Assembly: GCA_963777605.1 (NCBI GenBank) | Contig: CAVZRV010000007.1 | Span: 224,001-288,000 of the forward strand | DNA length: 64,000 nt | Direction of reading: 5' to 3' | DNA from: an uncultured Acidobacteriota bacterium | Lineage (GTDB): Bacteria > Acidobacteriota > UBA6911 > RPQK01 > JAPXNP01 | Part shown: positions 36,836-46,986 of the stretch, one piece after another | How positions within the stretch are numbered: position 1 is the first letter of the stretch | Layout: every line of letters begins with the position of its first letter | Notes under the pieces: model-generated | The model's input: only the letters and a program-made list of their open reading frames with translations | What the model was told of the DNA's origin: nothing | Database searches by the model: none | Made by a program: the position numbers and the translations under genes

Positions 36836-38066
36836 TAATGAGCTCCTTGGATTTCAGGTCGGAGGGATCACGAACGACCGCGCCCTCCTGCGTAGTTACT
36901 ATTGCATATCCCCGCTCGAGGACCAGCAGAGGCGAATAGGCTCTCAGTTTCTCAGAACAGGTTCCGAGCCGGTGACTTCTGTCGGTCAGGAAGAGAGCCA
37001 TCTGGTGTCCCAGTTCGCGGCGTGCCCGGGACACCCCGACCGAGCGATTCTGAATCAGAGGGCCCAGTCCAGCCTGCAACCTCAACATCGCCTCGTCCAG
37101 GCGCTGCTGAAAAAACCGGATTCCGGTTTCCGCGTCAACAAAGCCGCGGCTGCGGGTCAGCCGGTCCAGTTTCTGCCGGTGTCGCTGCAGCTGGTAGCGT
37201 GCGCCCTGAAAACCTCGCTGCACCAGGTGCCGGACCCGGGATGCCAATTCCTCGCGCTGCCCGCTGACGATCTCGGCGGCGGCAGAGGGAGTGGGAGCAC
37301 GCAGATCAGCGACAAAATCGGCAATCGTGAAGTCGATCTCGTGTCCGACGGCCGAAATCACCGGTATCCGGGATCGATAGATCGCCCGGGCAACCGGCTC
37401 TTCGTTAAACGGCCAGAGGTCTTCCAGAGAGCCTCCTCCCCTGCCCACGATCAGCACGTCGAGGTCCGAACGGGTGTTGAGGTAGTCGATTCCCGCCGCA
37501 ATCTCGGCAGCCGCCTGTTTCCCCTGTACCCGGGCTGTGTAGATGAGCACGCTGACGCGGTCGTTGCGGCGCTTCAGAACCCGCAGGATGTCCTGGATAG
37601 CTGCTCCCGTCGAGGAAGTCACTACCCCGACCTTGGCGGGGAGAAGCGGAAGTTTCTTCTTGTGGCGTTCGTCAAAAAGCCCTTCCTGATGAAGTCTTGC
37701 CTTGAGCTGCTCAAACGCCACCTGAAGCGCCCCCCGACCGAGGGGCTCCATGTGCTCGACCATGACCTGGAGCTGGCCTCGAGCAGGATATACGGTAGCC
37801 GTGCCCCGGGCCAGCACATCCATGCCGTCTTCGGGCTCGAACTTCAGGTATCTTCCCCGCATCCTGAAACAGACAGCGGAAATCTGGGCATCGTCGTCCT
37901 TCAGTGTGAAGTAAAGGTGTCCCGATCCCGGTTGCCGCAGGTTGGAAATCTCGCCCTGAATCCAGATATCGCGAAACTCACGTTCGAGGCCCTGGCGAAT
38001 ACCTCCCACCAGTTCCGAAACTGCGTAGATCCGCCGCTCCTCGAAGAGGAAAGACTGCTGTTTCAT
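36789..38066 (-). CDS. xseA: Exodeoxyribonuclease VII large subunit
   Basis: GEISN..SGHLYFTLKD, RGGGSLEDLW.FN, SAVGHE.D, RAPTPSAAAE. Confidence 0.97.
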   Translation of the reverse strand: MKQQSFLFEERRIYAVSELVGGIRQGLEREFRDIWIQGEISNLRQPGSGHLYFTLKDDDAQISAVCFRMRGRYLKFEPEDGMDVLARGTATVYPARGQLQVMVEHMEPLGRGALQVAFEQLKARLHQEGLFDERHKKKLPLLPAKVGVVTSSTGAAIQDILRVLKRRNDRVSVLIYTARVQGKQAAAEIAAGIDYLNTRSDLDVLIVGRGGGSLEDLWPFNEEPVARAIYRSRIPVISAVGHEIDFTIADFVADLRAPTPSAAAEIVSGQREELASRVRHLVQRGFQGARYQLQRHRQKLDRLTRSRGFVDAETGIRFFQQRLDEAMLRLQAGLGPLIQNRSVGVSRARRELGHQMALFLTDRSHRLGTCSEKLRAYSPLLVLERGYAIVTTQEGAVVRDPSDLKSKELINVRVVNGQFRARKED

Positions 38067-38120
38067 TCGATGCTTTGCTCCAGGTTCTACTTCAATTCTT
38101 CAGGCTGTGCTCCCTCCGGG

Positions 38121-39221
38121 TCAAGGGGACACGTAGATCGGATTGGAAATGATCCACGGCCGGTCACCCAGCAGAGGGGGCGGATCCAGAAATCGGACTT
38201 CGACCCGGTAGGCCCCTGGTGTGTCCGCCTGATAGGAAAAACGCAATCCTTCCAATTCTACGACTTTCAGTCCCTCACGAATCAGCCGGAATCGCGCCGG
38301 GAAAGGGCTCTGGAAAACCAACCGGCAGCCGAGCGGAACACTGGCTCCCATCGGGTAGGCGCTGTCCACGCTTTCGGCATGGAATGAAAAACCGGTAGGG
38401 TCAGCGATTTTCTCGAACGCAATGTAGGACGCCCCTTCAGCCAGGGCCTTCGTCACCGTATCAACGCTGAGAGGGGCACCACGAGGGATCTGCAGGTGAT
38501 TTGTCACAAAGCCCAGAGATTGAACGTAGGGATCGAGAAACAGGGAAAACAACTTCTGGCCGGTACCCGTCTCGAGGATCAGCCCGACATTCTGGTGAGC
38601 GTTGTTCCCGGCTGTCGCGGAAAGCTTCCGCGACGCCAGCATGCGATCCCAAAGCTCGAAGTTCCCCTGCTGGAATTCCCAGGCGTGAAAGAAAAAGAGA
38701 TCGGGGTGAAAGAGGCGGTGGTACAACCACGTTCCCCAACCGAACAGGTTGTTGCTCGCCCGGGCACTGACCGCGATGTTGAATACCTCAATACCGGTAG
38801 CCTCCGGGTCGACCGGCCGCTCTTCGTAGAGCAACTGAATCCGTACCCTGCCTTCGGGTCCGACCAGTTCCCGCAATCCGTCTTCACGAACTTGTTCGGT
38901 CCCGTAAACCATCACCAGGTCGGGGTCCTGAATCTGGTTGAACAGCTGCTCCTCGCGCGGATGCTCGGTGATGAAGAGGTAATCGAAATGCAGAGTCTTC
39001 GCCGCCTCAATGAGTTCGGGGTAGGTCCCAAGACTGTGGCCACCGGCGGCACTGTGGACATGAATCGTTCCACGAACGTCCTTGAAGGGCCGGTCAGCCA
39101 ACTCCCGGCTGGGCAGGTTGCGCCGGAATTCCGCCAGCCGATAGGTGCCGCACATCCGGTACAGAAACGGAAACTGCAGAAGTACGACAACGAGAAGGAG
39201 GTATTTCCAGACCTTTTTCAT
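38121..39221 (-). CDS. PHP-domain (phosphoesterase-like) membrane-anchored protein
   Basis: HVHS..HS, ITEH, GIEVFN, GNNAH, C-terminal YRVE..WIISNPIY. Confidence 0.75.
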   Translation of the reverse strand: MKKVWKYLLLVVVLLQFPFLYRMCGTYRLAEFRRNLPSRELADRPFKDVRGTIHVHSAAGGHSLGTYPELIEAAKTLHFDYLFITEHPREEQLFNQIQDPDLVMVYGTEQVREDGLRELVGPEGRVRIQLLYEERPVDPEATGIEVFNIAVSARASNNLFGWGTWLYHRLFHPDLFFFHAWEFQQGNFELWDRMLASRKLSATAGNNAHQNVGLILETGTGQKLFSLFLDPYVQSLGFVTNHLQIPRGAPLSVDTVTKALAEGASYIAFEKIADPTGFSFHAESVDSAYPMGASVPLGCRLVFQSPFPARFRLIREGLKVVELEGLRFSYQADTPGAYRVEVRFLDPPPLLGDRPWIISNPIYVSP

Positions 39222-39466
39222 CGAGGGTCACTATTATACGGCTCGGCACCCGGAGACCATTGGCGAAGTGAAACTTGAACCGCGCACCCGGGGGCGCGGC
39301 TCCGCCTTACCCCCGGCTCCGAGTCTGGCACCCCATTCTCACTTGTCGATACTCGATTCTGGCTTCACGCTCCAGCCCACGTCGTCCAGAATTCCTCCAG
39401 CTCCCCTGATCAATGTCCCCCCGATCAATTGCCCGGGAACCCGCATTTCCACTATCATGATGCCGC

Positions 39467-40318
39467 ATGAGCTGGTTCAAGCGGGAAAAGAAGCCGCTTC
39501 AGTCACCCGCGGAAGAAGAACGCACGGTTCGTACTGAGGGGCTGTTTACGAAGTGTGACGGCTGCAAAGTCATCATCTGGAAGAAAGACCTGGAATCGAA
39601 TCACTTCGTCTGTCCGAAATGCACCCACCATTTCCGGATCAACGCGAAGCAGCGCCTCGCGATGCTGTTCGATGACGGTGAATTCGAAGAATTCGATTCC
39701 GAAGTTCGGTCGCTTGACCCGCTGGAATTCGTTGATAAGAAGGGGTACAAGGACCGGCTGGCGGCAGCAGTCCGTTCGACCGGGTGCAACGAGGCCGTGG
39801 TCAACGCGGTTGGGGCCCTGAACGGCATCGAGACCGTCTGCGCGTCGATGGAGTACCGTTTCATCGGCGGATCAATGGGTTCGGTCGTAGGCGAGAAAAT
39901 CACCCGCGCCGTCGAGCGGGCGACCCGGGAAAAGCGTCCCCTGATCATCGTGTCGGCCAGTGGTGGAGCGCGCATGATGGAGAGTTTCCTCTCCCTCATG
40001 CAGATGGCCAAGATCAGCGCGGCGCTGGCGCAGCACCACGAAAAGGGTCTTCCCTACATCTCGATCCTGACCGACCCTACAACCGGAGGAGTCACCGCGA
40101 GTTATGCCATGCTCGGTGATCTCAACATTGCCGAGCCCAAGGCCTTGATCGGCTTTGCCGGGCCGCGAGTGATCGAACAGACGATTCGTCAGAAGCTCCC
40201 GGAGGGATTCCAGCGCAGCGAATTCCTGCTTGAACACGGGATGCTGGACGCCGTCGTCCACCGCCAGGACCACCGGGATTTTATCTCCGACTGTTTTCGC
40301 TTTATGCGCTTCGCCTGA
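39467..40318 (+). CDS. accD: Acetyl-CoA carboxylase carboxyltransferase beta subunit
   Basis: C4 zinc finger, GGSMGSVVGEK, SGGARM, PTTGGVTAS, GFAGPRVI. Confidence 0.97.
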   Translation: MSWFKREKKPLQSPAEEERTVRTEGLFTKCDGCKVIIWKKDLESNHFVCPKCTHHFRINAKQRLAMLFDDGEFEEFDSEVRSLDPLEFVDKKGYKDRLAAAVRSTGCNEAVVNAVGALNGIETVCASMEYRFIGGSMGSVVGEKITRAVERATREKRPLIIVSASGGARMMESFLSLMQMAKISAALAQHHEKGLPYISILTDPTTGGVTASYAMLGDLNIAEPKALIGFAGPRVIEQTIRQKLPEGFQRSEFLLEHGMLDAVVHRQDHRDFISDCFRFMRFA

Positions 40319-40359
40319 GACAACGCCCGGCTGACCCGAACTACGATTGAAGACTTGGA

Positions 40360-40439
40360 GATTCACCGCAAAGTCGCGAAGGCCGCCAAGGTTCTCCTGG
40401 GTTCAAACAAAGAAACCTTCGCGCCTTGGCGGTTCAATC
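40360..40439. repeat. Complete two-armed 'AACCGC(C/A)AAG-NCGCNAAG' hairpin element between accD and folC
   Basis: Left arm GATTCACCGCAAAGTCGCGAAGGCCGCCAAG; right arm CTTCGCGCCTTGGCGGTTCAATC. Confidence 0.65.
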
Positions 40440-40493
40440 CACCCGTGGCAAGTGTTACGTCCAAAATGACTCTTCCATCGCGGCAGCGCTGAC

Positions 40494-41738
40494 TTGAACT
40501 ACGAAGAATGCCTGGCATTTCTGAACCGGCTGGGGAATGAAGTCCTCGCCATGAAATTCGGCCTCGAAACGGTCCGTCGCTTGCTCGAGGCCCTCGGTTC
40601 TCCACACCACCGGTTCAAGTCCGTCCTAATAGCGGGGACGAACGGCAAGGGATCGGTAGCGCGCTACCTGGATGCCATGGCCCGCAAGGCGCATATCCGC
40701 ACCGGCCTGTTCACGTCCCCGCACCTGGTCAACCTGACCGAGAGAATCCGGATCGACGGAACCGAGGTCGAGCGAGCGGAATTCGCTGCTTCCTTCTCCG
40801 AAGTGGTCGATGCTGTTCGACACCTTCAAATGGTGCCCCATCCTACGTTTTTCGAGATGGTCACCGCTACCGGTTTTCTCTGTTTCGCCCGGGCCGGCAT
40901 AGACCTGGCGGTTCTCGAAATTGGAATGGGCGGCCGGTTGGACAGTACCAACGTGGTTGATCCCATGCTCTCGATCATCACCGCCATCGACTTCGACCAC
41001 CAGCAGTACCTGGGCGACACTATCACGCTGATCGCGCGGGAGAAGGCCGGCATAATGCGTCAAGGAAAGCCGGTTCTTTCCAGCCTTCAGGTTCCAGAGG
41101 CAACGTCGGCATTGCTCGAGGCTGCCCGGGAGACCGGTGCCGACCTGCAGTTCTCTGATCCGACCGCCATGGTCCAATCACCGGATCAGAAGGGGCGCTG
41201 GAAATTCAGCGTTGACGGCACCGAGTTCCAGCTCGGGGCGTGCGGCCGAGCCCAGGTAGGAAATGCCTTCCTCGCCATCAACGCCGCACGCGAACTGAGT
41301 CGCCAGGGTTTCGAGATCGGGACCGAGGCGATGCGGGCAGCGCTCCAGGAAACAGAGTCCAGAGCGGTCCTTTGGCGGGTATCGGAGAATCCGACGGTCC
41401 TGATCGATGGGGGCCACAACCCGGGTGCCGCCCGCATCCTTGCTGATTACGTCGGCACATACACGGCACGGCCCCGCACCCTGGTCTTCGGGATGATGAG
41501 GGACAAGGATTTGGGAGCGGTAACCAGCATCCTGGTGCCGCTCTTCGATCGGGTCTTTCTCACCCGCATCGACTCGCCGAGGACCGCCAGCACTGCTCAA
41601 CTTCTCGAAGTCTGCCCGCTCGGTGTGCCGTTCGATTCATCGGCCGAAGCTTACCGCGCCGCACTCGACGGAAGCTCCACGGTTGTGGTCGCAGGCTCGT
41701 TCTTCCTCGCCGGAGAAATCACGCGGCTGCTGGACTGA
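40494..41738 (+). CDS. folC: Folylpolyglutamate synthase / dihydrofolate synthase
   Basis: AGTNGKGS, FTSPHL, TFFE, GMGGRLDSTN, REKAGI, DGGHN, AGSFFL; TTG start. Confidence 0.95.
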   Translation: MNYEECLAFLNRLGNEVLAMKFGLETVRRLLEALGSPHHRFKSVLIAGTNGKGSVARYLDAMARKAHIRTGLFTSPHLVNLTERIRIDGTEVERAEFAASFSEVVDAVRHLQMVPHPTFFEMVTATGFLCFARAGIDLAVLEIGMGGRLDSTNVVDPMLSIITAIDFDHQQYLGDTITLIAREKAGIMRQGKPVLSSLQVPEATSALLEAARETGADLQFSDPTAMVQSPDQKGRWKFSVDGTEFQLGACGRAQVGNAFLAINAARELSRQGFEIGTEAMRAALQETESRAVLWRVSENPTVLIDGGHNPGAARILADYVGTYTARPRTLVFGMMRDKDLGAVTSILVPLFDRVFLTRIDSPRTASTAQLLEVCPLGVPFDSSAEAYRAALDGSSTVVVAGSFFLAGEITRLLD

Positions 41739-41794
<56 letters not shown>

Positions 41795-41880
41795 AATTGT
41801 ACTGTGTCAAATCCTGATTAAAAGTTGACAGTTGGTTTTGAGGTTTCGGGTTTCGGGATAGCCCCGCAAGGACGCCCTAA

Positions 41881-43440
41881 TCACGCTCTCCAGGGACGGT
41901 TGCGGTTGAGATCTTCAGCCATGATCCGGCAGGCCAGATTGACGTCATCGACGATCTGAAAATCGTACATTCCGACGCAGATGAAGTCGGCCCCTGCCTC
42001 GAGTGCATATCGGAATCCGACTTCCGGTTCGATGGCCCCGGCTGCGAGGATCTTGAACCCGATCCAGGGTTCCTCCCTCTCAGCCATGTACTGGATCGTC
42101 TCGTCCGGGTTGGTGCACCAGATGTTGTCGTGCTCCTCTTCGATCTGGGCCGACCAGTAGTTGCAGTGATGGATCGTCTTCACCCAAAAATCGGGCTTCA
42201 GCCCGGCTTCGACACAGGCCTGAACGGTCGCCAACTTGTGCGCGCCGATGCCGGCAGGGAGATTGTTCTGACGAATGAAATCAACCGCCCGGCCGATCTC
42301 ATCGATCTTGCCTTCCTCGTAGAGCTTGTCGGAAATTCCGCCCTGCACGTAGCAGGCGTGGGCGCCTCCGTCGATCGACATCCTGATGCCGGTCATGACG
42401 TCCTGGCCGTAGGCACAGTCCGAAATGAACTGGATCTTGCCGTCCCGCTTCCGCCAGTAGGCGTTGATAACCCGGGCCAGAGCCGGGTTGGTCAGAATCG
42501 TGTTGATGCCACACATCTCGGCGATCCGGAGGGTGTCGAACACCTTCTCATCCGTGTGATAGGACTTGACCAGTTTCGAGACGTAAATCAGATCCCTGGA
42601 ATGGGCCCAGCCGCCGATCAGGTTGCCGCCCAGGAACATCCGGCTCAGCTTCAGATCGCCGATCTGCCCATAGGTCATCTCCTCGGTCAGGTCTTTGAGG
42701 CTCGAGAACTGAAACGTCTTGACGGTCGCGCTCGAGACCGCATCGGTGGATCCGGAAGCCAGGAGATGGGTCTCTTCGTAGCTCTCCCAACCCCGTTTCT
42801 TCATGACTGCAAAGACGAAGCCGCCCATTATCGGAGTCGTTGCGAGCGCTTTCATCAACTGCCGGCGCTCGACCGAGCCCTTTGCCAGCAGTTCGTGCGG
42901 GCGTGGAGTCGAACTGACCGGCTCTGGCCGGGCAAATGCCGTAGCCGCCCTCTGAAACCAGCGTTTCAGGTAGACATCGAGCCCGGCGATCCCGCCGGTT
43001 GGAAGAAGGGCGACCACGCCCAGTGACATGAGCTCTATCATGTTCTTGTCGATCCAGAGGTAGTTCCCTTCCGTGGGCATTCCGGACTGGAACCCGATAA
43101 AAGGCGGATTGGCAATGTAATAGAGCGCGAGGAGGGAAGCGCCGGCGACAGCAGCGAAGCGGGTAAAAGTGCCCAGTATCAACCCCAGGCCGATCAGAGT
43201 GAGGCCCCAGGCGTTGAGGCCGTCAACCAGACCCAGCAGCCAAGGAGTCTGGGCGATGTGATGGAACGTCCCGGCAAAGAGCCACTTGGATTCGGCCAGG
43301 AACGGAGCCGACGTCCAATCCGGGTTCAGCAGTTTGGAGGCTCCTTCATAGAGAAAGTGCCAACCAATGACTACCCGTAATAGGACCAGAATCGTCAACT
43401 GCGCAGGGCCGAGTTGCTTTACTCGCTCATCCAGGTTCAT
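41881..43440 (-). CDS. DoxX/TQO-like membrane domain fused to an aldo/keto-reductase-like domain
   Basis: LRVVIGWHFLYEG, EGNY..DKN, GLD (DoxX); YGQIGDLKLSRMFLGGN, FKILAAG, GADFICVGM; start ATG 43440. Confidence 0.78.
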   Translation of the reverse strand: MNLDERVKQLGPAQLTILVLLRVVIGWHFLYEGASKLLNPDWTSAPFLAESKWLFAGTFHHIAQTPWLLGLVDGLNAWGLTLIGLGLILGTFTRFAAVAGASLLALYYIANPPFIGFQSGMPTEGNYLWIDKNMIELMSLGVVALLPTGGIAGLDVYLKRWFQRAATAFARPEPVSSTPRPHELLAKGSVERRQLMKALATTPIMGGFVFAVMKKRGWESYEETHLLASGSTDAVSSATVKTFQFSSLKDLTEEMTYGQIGDLKLSRMFLGGNLIGGWAHSRDLIYVSKLVKSYHTDEKVFDTLRIAEMCGINTILTNPALARVINAYWRKRDGKIQFISDCAYGQDVMTGIRMSIDGGAHACYVQGGISDKLYEEGKIDEIGRAVDFIRQNNLPAGIGAHKLATVQACVEAGLKPDFWVKTIHHCNYWSAQIEEEHDNIWCTNPDETIQYMAEREEPWIGFKILAAGAIEPEVGFRYALEAGADFICVGMYDFQIVDDVNLACRIMAEDLNRNRPWRA

Positions 43441-43673
43441 TTTCGCCACGTCTCCCTCTGAATCCCTCCGGCCGACGGACGTCCGACGGACATCGGGATA
43501 AGTTTCTGGACCGATTCTAAGGGGCTGCCGAATGAACGGCAACAGAAATCCGCGTGCGGGCCCACGGGCGCACCCGGACCCCGGGGATGTAAAACGAAGG
43601 GTCGGCAACCCGGGGCCGTGAGGCCAGGCACCGCTGGGAGTCCCAAGCCAGCCCTGCGCCCGAGGCGAATCAT

Positions 43674-43979
43674 TCAGAGCGTGAAACTTGCTGAGAGAGA
43701 TTCAACCGCAAAGGCACCAAGGGCGCGAAGATACCCTGTCACAAAGAGATGGATCGCCGCCAGCCGGCGGCCTTCCTCAACGATCCGGTCCGCCGCGGTC
43801 GCAATTCCTTCGAGGCTGACGGGCCCGTCCACCAACTCGCAGATCTCCCGGGCGACTGATTCAAACGGCCTGCCGGTTTTCGCAACCAGGGAGGGATTCG
43901 TTGTCATGCCGTCGATCACACCCAGGGATAGACCCTCTCGGATTTCTTCGAGATCTGCGGTATCCAGGAACAACTTCAC
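43674..43979 (-). pseudogene. Truncated transaldolase/fructose-6-phosphate aldolase (first 77 codons only)
   Basis: MKLFLDTADLEEI..GMTTNPSL..GPVSLE..AAIH with AGGAGG SD, then unrelated sequence; the VVKIP catalytic-Lys region is missing in all frames. Confidence 0.85.
43699..43730 (+). repeat. Left arm only of the 'AACCGCAAAG' element, next to the transaldolase breakpoint
   Basis: GATTCAACCGCAAAGGCACCAAGGGCGCGAAG aligns with 40360-40390. Confidence 0.6.
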
Positions 43980-44013
43980 AAGGCCTCCTTCCGAATGCCT
44001 GATCCACCACCGA

Positions 44014-44973
44014 TCAGGGAGCACCCTGAGCCGACACTTCCGGAGATTTTGCGCTTTCGTTGCCGGACCGGTCCAGGGCGCTGACTGCGTAATAGTTCAT
44101 GACTCCGGGCAGCGGATGCTCGTCAAAGAAGCGGTTCACCTTGATCGACTCCGTAAGCGGTTCAAAAGCACCCGCCGCGGACCTGCGATATACACGGTAT
44201 CCGGAAAAATCGCTGCTATCGACGGGATCCCAAATCAATTGAACTCCGCCCGACACGGATACTGCCTGCAGGCTCTGAGGAACGGGAGGCGAGAAAACGT
44301 CCTTCGGGACAAAGGTCAGCGGAATCGACGGCCCGCTGATGATCAGGGGGCGCTGCAGGCGGGACACGGCCTGCACGACCACGGTGTATTCCTTCCCGAA
44401 TTCAAAATCCTGCCTCACGAGCTGTTTATCGGGGACAAACTGGCTGAAATCGACCAGGTAGCCCACCACGGGAACTTGCGGGGAAGGCGGGGAATCCCAG
44501 GTTACCACCAGTCGATCCTCCTCTACGTCCACCTTCAGATCCACCGGCGCCGGAGGGGAGGGTCCAGGCTCGGTTGTCACCGAATTGGAAAAATCCGAGA
44601 GGTGCCCCTTCAGACTTCGGAAGCGCACGGCAAAGGTGCAGGGCTCGTCCAACCGGGGATCTGCGACCGGGTAGATCAGGCGGGTCCCGGCCGGGCTCAG
44701 CGTGAGCGTCGCCACTTCCTTGGTGTCGATCACTTCCAATTCCGCGTCAGGCGCCGGATCGCACTTCTGATAGAAGACGACGGATCGGACCGATCTCGGG
44801 GGAGGTGGTATCAGGAGAAAGAGCTCGCTGCCACCCTGCTGAACGACTTCCAACTCAGTAGCAGCCATCGGCGTATCCACGATTGGGGGCAGCGGGTCTC
44901 CCACTTTGGCACAGCCCATGGCCGGCACCAGGCTCATCAAAAGCAAGTAACGGCACAACCGCGGAGAATTCAT
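44014..44973 (-). CDS. Lipoprotein with fibronectin type III domains
   Basis: AMGC-AKVGDPLPP lipobox; W..P..GY.VYR, Y.V.A.D..GNES Fn3 motifs. Confidence 0.82.
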   Translation of the reverse strand: MNSPRLCRYLLLMSLVPAMGCAKVGDPLPPIVDTPMAATELEVVQQGGSELFLLIPPPPRSVRSVVFYQKCDPAPDAELEVIDTKEVATLTLSPAGTRLIYPVADPRLDEPCTFAVRFRSLKGHLSDFSNSVTTEPGPSPPAPVDLKVDVEEDRLVVTWDSPPSPQVPVVGYLVDFSQFVPDKQLVRQDFEFGKEYTVVVQAVSRLQRPLIISGPSIPLTFVPKDVFSPPVPQSLQAVSVSGGVQLIWDPVDSSDFSGYRVYRRSAAGAFEPLTESIKVNRFFDEHPLPGVMNYYAVSALDRSGNESAKSPEVSAQGAP

Positions 44974-46370
44974 CAGAGGATGTAGCGAGAGAGATCCAGA
45001 TCCTTGACCTTCGAAGAGAGCCGTTCCCGCACGTAGGCACGGTCGATCCGTATACGCTGATCTTTGAGTTCGGGACCCTCGAAGGAAACATCTTCCAGAA
45101 GGGTCTCCATCATGGTGTGCAGCCTCCGTGCCCCAATGTTTTCAGTGGTTTCGTTCACGACCCAGGCAAGGTGAGCGATCTCGTCGATGGCCTCCTCTTC
45201 GAACTCCAGTTCAACTCCTTCAGTAGCCATTAAGGCCGTGTATTGGCGGGTCAAGGCATTTTTCGGCCGACTCAGGATCGCCCTGAAGTCCTCTTCCGTG
45301 AGCGGTTCCATTTCCACCCGGATCGGGAACCGTCCCTGCAGTTCCGGGATGAGATCAGACGGTCTCGCCACGTGAAAAGCCCCGGCGGCAATGAAAAGGA
45401 TGTGGTCAGTGCGAACCATCCCGAGACGGGTGCTCACCGAAGTCCCTTCCACAATCGGAAGAATGTCCCGCTGCACGCCCTCACGGCTGACTTCAGGGCC
45501 GAATTTCGACTCGCGGCCCGCAATCTTGTCCAGTTCGTCCACGAACACGATACCCGAAGTCTCAAGGCGATCGAGCGCTTCGCGGGTGACTTGATCCATG
45601 TCGATCAGCTTGTTCTCTTCTTCAACAATGAGGTACTCGAAAGCCTCCTCGACGCGCATCTTCTTCTTGGTAGTACGGGAACCGGCCAAGGCGGAAAGAA
45701 TGTCACGCAAGGGAAGGTCGGATTCTTCTTCCAGGTAGTCAGACGACCAGTCCGACGAGGAGACAAATCGCTCCTGGACTTCCAGTTCCACGACCTGGTC
45801 ATCGAGCTTGCCCTCACTCAACTCTTTCAGCAAACGGGCCCGTGTCCTCCTGGTCTCCTTCACCTTGGGTGCCGGTGCTTCCGCGGTTTTGGTTTTTCGG
45901 CGCCGCTTCTGGGGCCGATTGAGAATGTCAAGAAGGCGGTTCTGGGCGTTCTCCTCGGCCAGCTTCTCGACCTGCCCGACCTTCTCCTGGCGAACGATGT
46001 CCACGGCGATGTCGGCGAGGTCTCTGACGATCGATTCGACATCTCTCCCGACATATCCCACCTCGGTGAACTTGCTCGCTTCTACCTTGATGAACGGAGA
46101 GTTGGAAAGGCGGGCCAGTCTGCGCGCCACCTCGGTCTTGCCCACACCGGTCGGGCCGATCAGGATGATGTTTCGGGGCTGGACTTCGTCGAGCAGGTCC
46201 TCGGGCAGCCTCTGGCGACGAATCCGGTCGCGCAGAGCTACTGCAAGGGCCCGCTTGGCCTTGTTCTGACCGATGATGTACTTGTCCAGTTCTTCGACAA
46301 TCTGACGGGGTGAGAGGCTGTCTAGCCCGCCAGCCGTCGCTGGTGTCTCTTCCGACTTGGCTGTGTTCAT
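44973..46370 (-). CDS. hslU: ATP-dependent protease ATPase subunit HslU
   Basis: GPTGVGKT, GYVGRD, VDELDK, PELQGRFP, NIGARRL, C-terminal SRYIL. Confidence 0.97.
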   Translation of the reverse strand: MNTAKSEETPATAGGLDSLSPRQIVEELDKYIIGQNKAKRALAVALRDRIRRQRLPEDLLDEVQPRNIILIGPTGVGKTEVARRLARLSNSPFIKVEASKFTEVGYVGRDVESIVRDLADIAVDIVRQEKVGQVEKLAEENAQNRLLDILNRPQKRRRKTKTAEAPAPKVKETRRTRARLLKELSEGKLDDQVVELEVQERFVSSSDWSSDYLEEESDLPLRDILSALAGSRTTKKKMRVEEAFEYLIVEEENKLIDMDQVTREALDRLETSGIVFVDELDKIAGRESKFGPEVSREGVQRDILPIVEGTSVSTRLGMVRTDHILFIAAGAFHVARPSDLIPELQGRFPIRVEMEPLTEEDFRAILSRPKNALTRQYTALMATEGVELEFEEEAIDEIAHLAWVVNETTENIGARRLHTMMETLLEDVSFEGPELKDQRIRIDRAYVRERLSSKVKDLDLSRYIL

Positions 46371-46377
46371 GGCTGTA

Positions 46378-46911
46378 TCAAAGGGTTTCAAGAAGGATGT
46401 TGGAGTTCGTGAATACACAGATCTCGCTCGCGATCTTAAGGGCCTCCTCAGCGATCACGGGAGCCGGTTTCCGGGTAAAGCGCATCAACGCGCGTGCCGC
46501 GGCAAGCGCATAGGGGCCGCCGCTGCCGACCGCGATGAGTCCGTCATCCGGTTCAATCACGTCTCCATCTCCAGAGATAAAAAACGAATTGTCGCGGTCG
46601 GCTACAATCAAGACCGCATCGAGGTGGCGCAACGCACGGTCGGTTCGCCATTCCCGCGCCAACTCCACCGAAGACCGGCGCAGATTTCCGCGAAATTCCT
46701 CCAGCTTCGTCTCGAAACGCGAGAAGAGCGAGAACGCATCCGCCGTGGATCCCGCAAAACCGGCCAAAATTCGATCATCGTGAAGCCGGCGTATTTTGCG
46801 GGCGGTACGCTTAATGACGGTATCCCCGAGGGTGACCTGGCCGTCGGCGGCCATTGCAACCTGTGATCCCCGCCTCACCAACAGAACGGTCGTACCACGG
46901 ATTTGTCTCAT
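46378..46911 (-). CDS. hslV: ATP-dependent protease subunit HslV
   Basis: [31 protein letters not shown]. Confidence 0.97.
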   Translation of the reverse strand: MRQIRGTTVLLVRRGSQVAMAADGQVTLGDTVIKRTARKIRRLHDDRILAGFAGSTADAFSLFSRFETKLEEFRGNLRRSSVELAREWRTDRALRHLDAVLIVADRDNSFFISGDGDVIEPDDGLIAVGSGGPYALAAARALMRFTRKPAPVIAEEALKIASEICVFTNSNILLETL

Positions 46912-46986
46912 GTCCGAAGCAGTATAATATGCGCTCTTCCGGCCCCGCAAAATCGAATCGTGGTTCCCCGGGTGCGGATGGTTCTC

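Noticed and set aside
36027-38387. 786-aa plus-strand ORF
   Set aside because: Antisense to ispA/xseB/xseA with no motifs; long shadow ORFs are expected from high-GC codon bias (same for 7603-8844, 24160-25203, 43618-44985, 51955-53121)
46910-46940. dif-like site (GAGCGCATATTATACT) upstream of hslV
   Set aside because: Resembles only the XerC arm, with no XerD arm; better explained as the hslV -10 box
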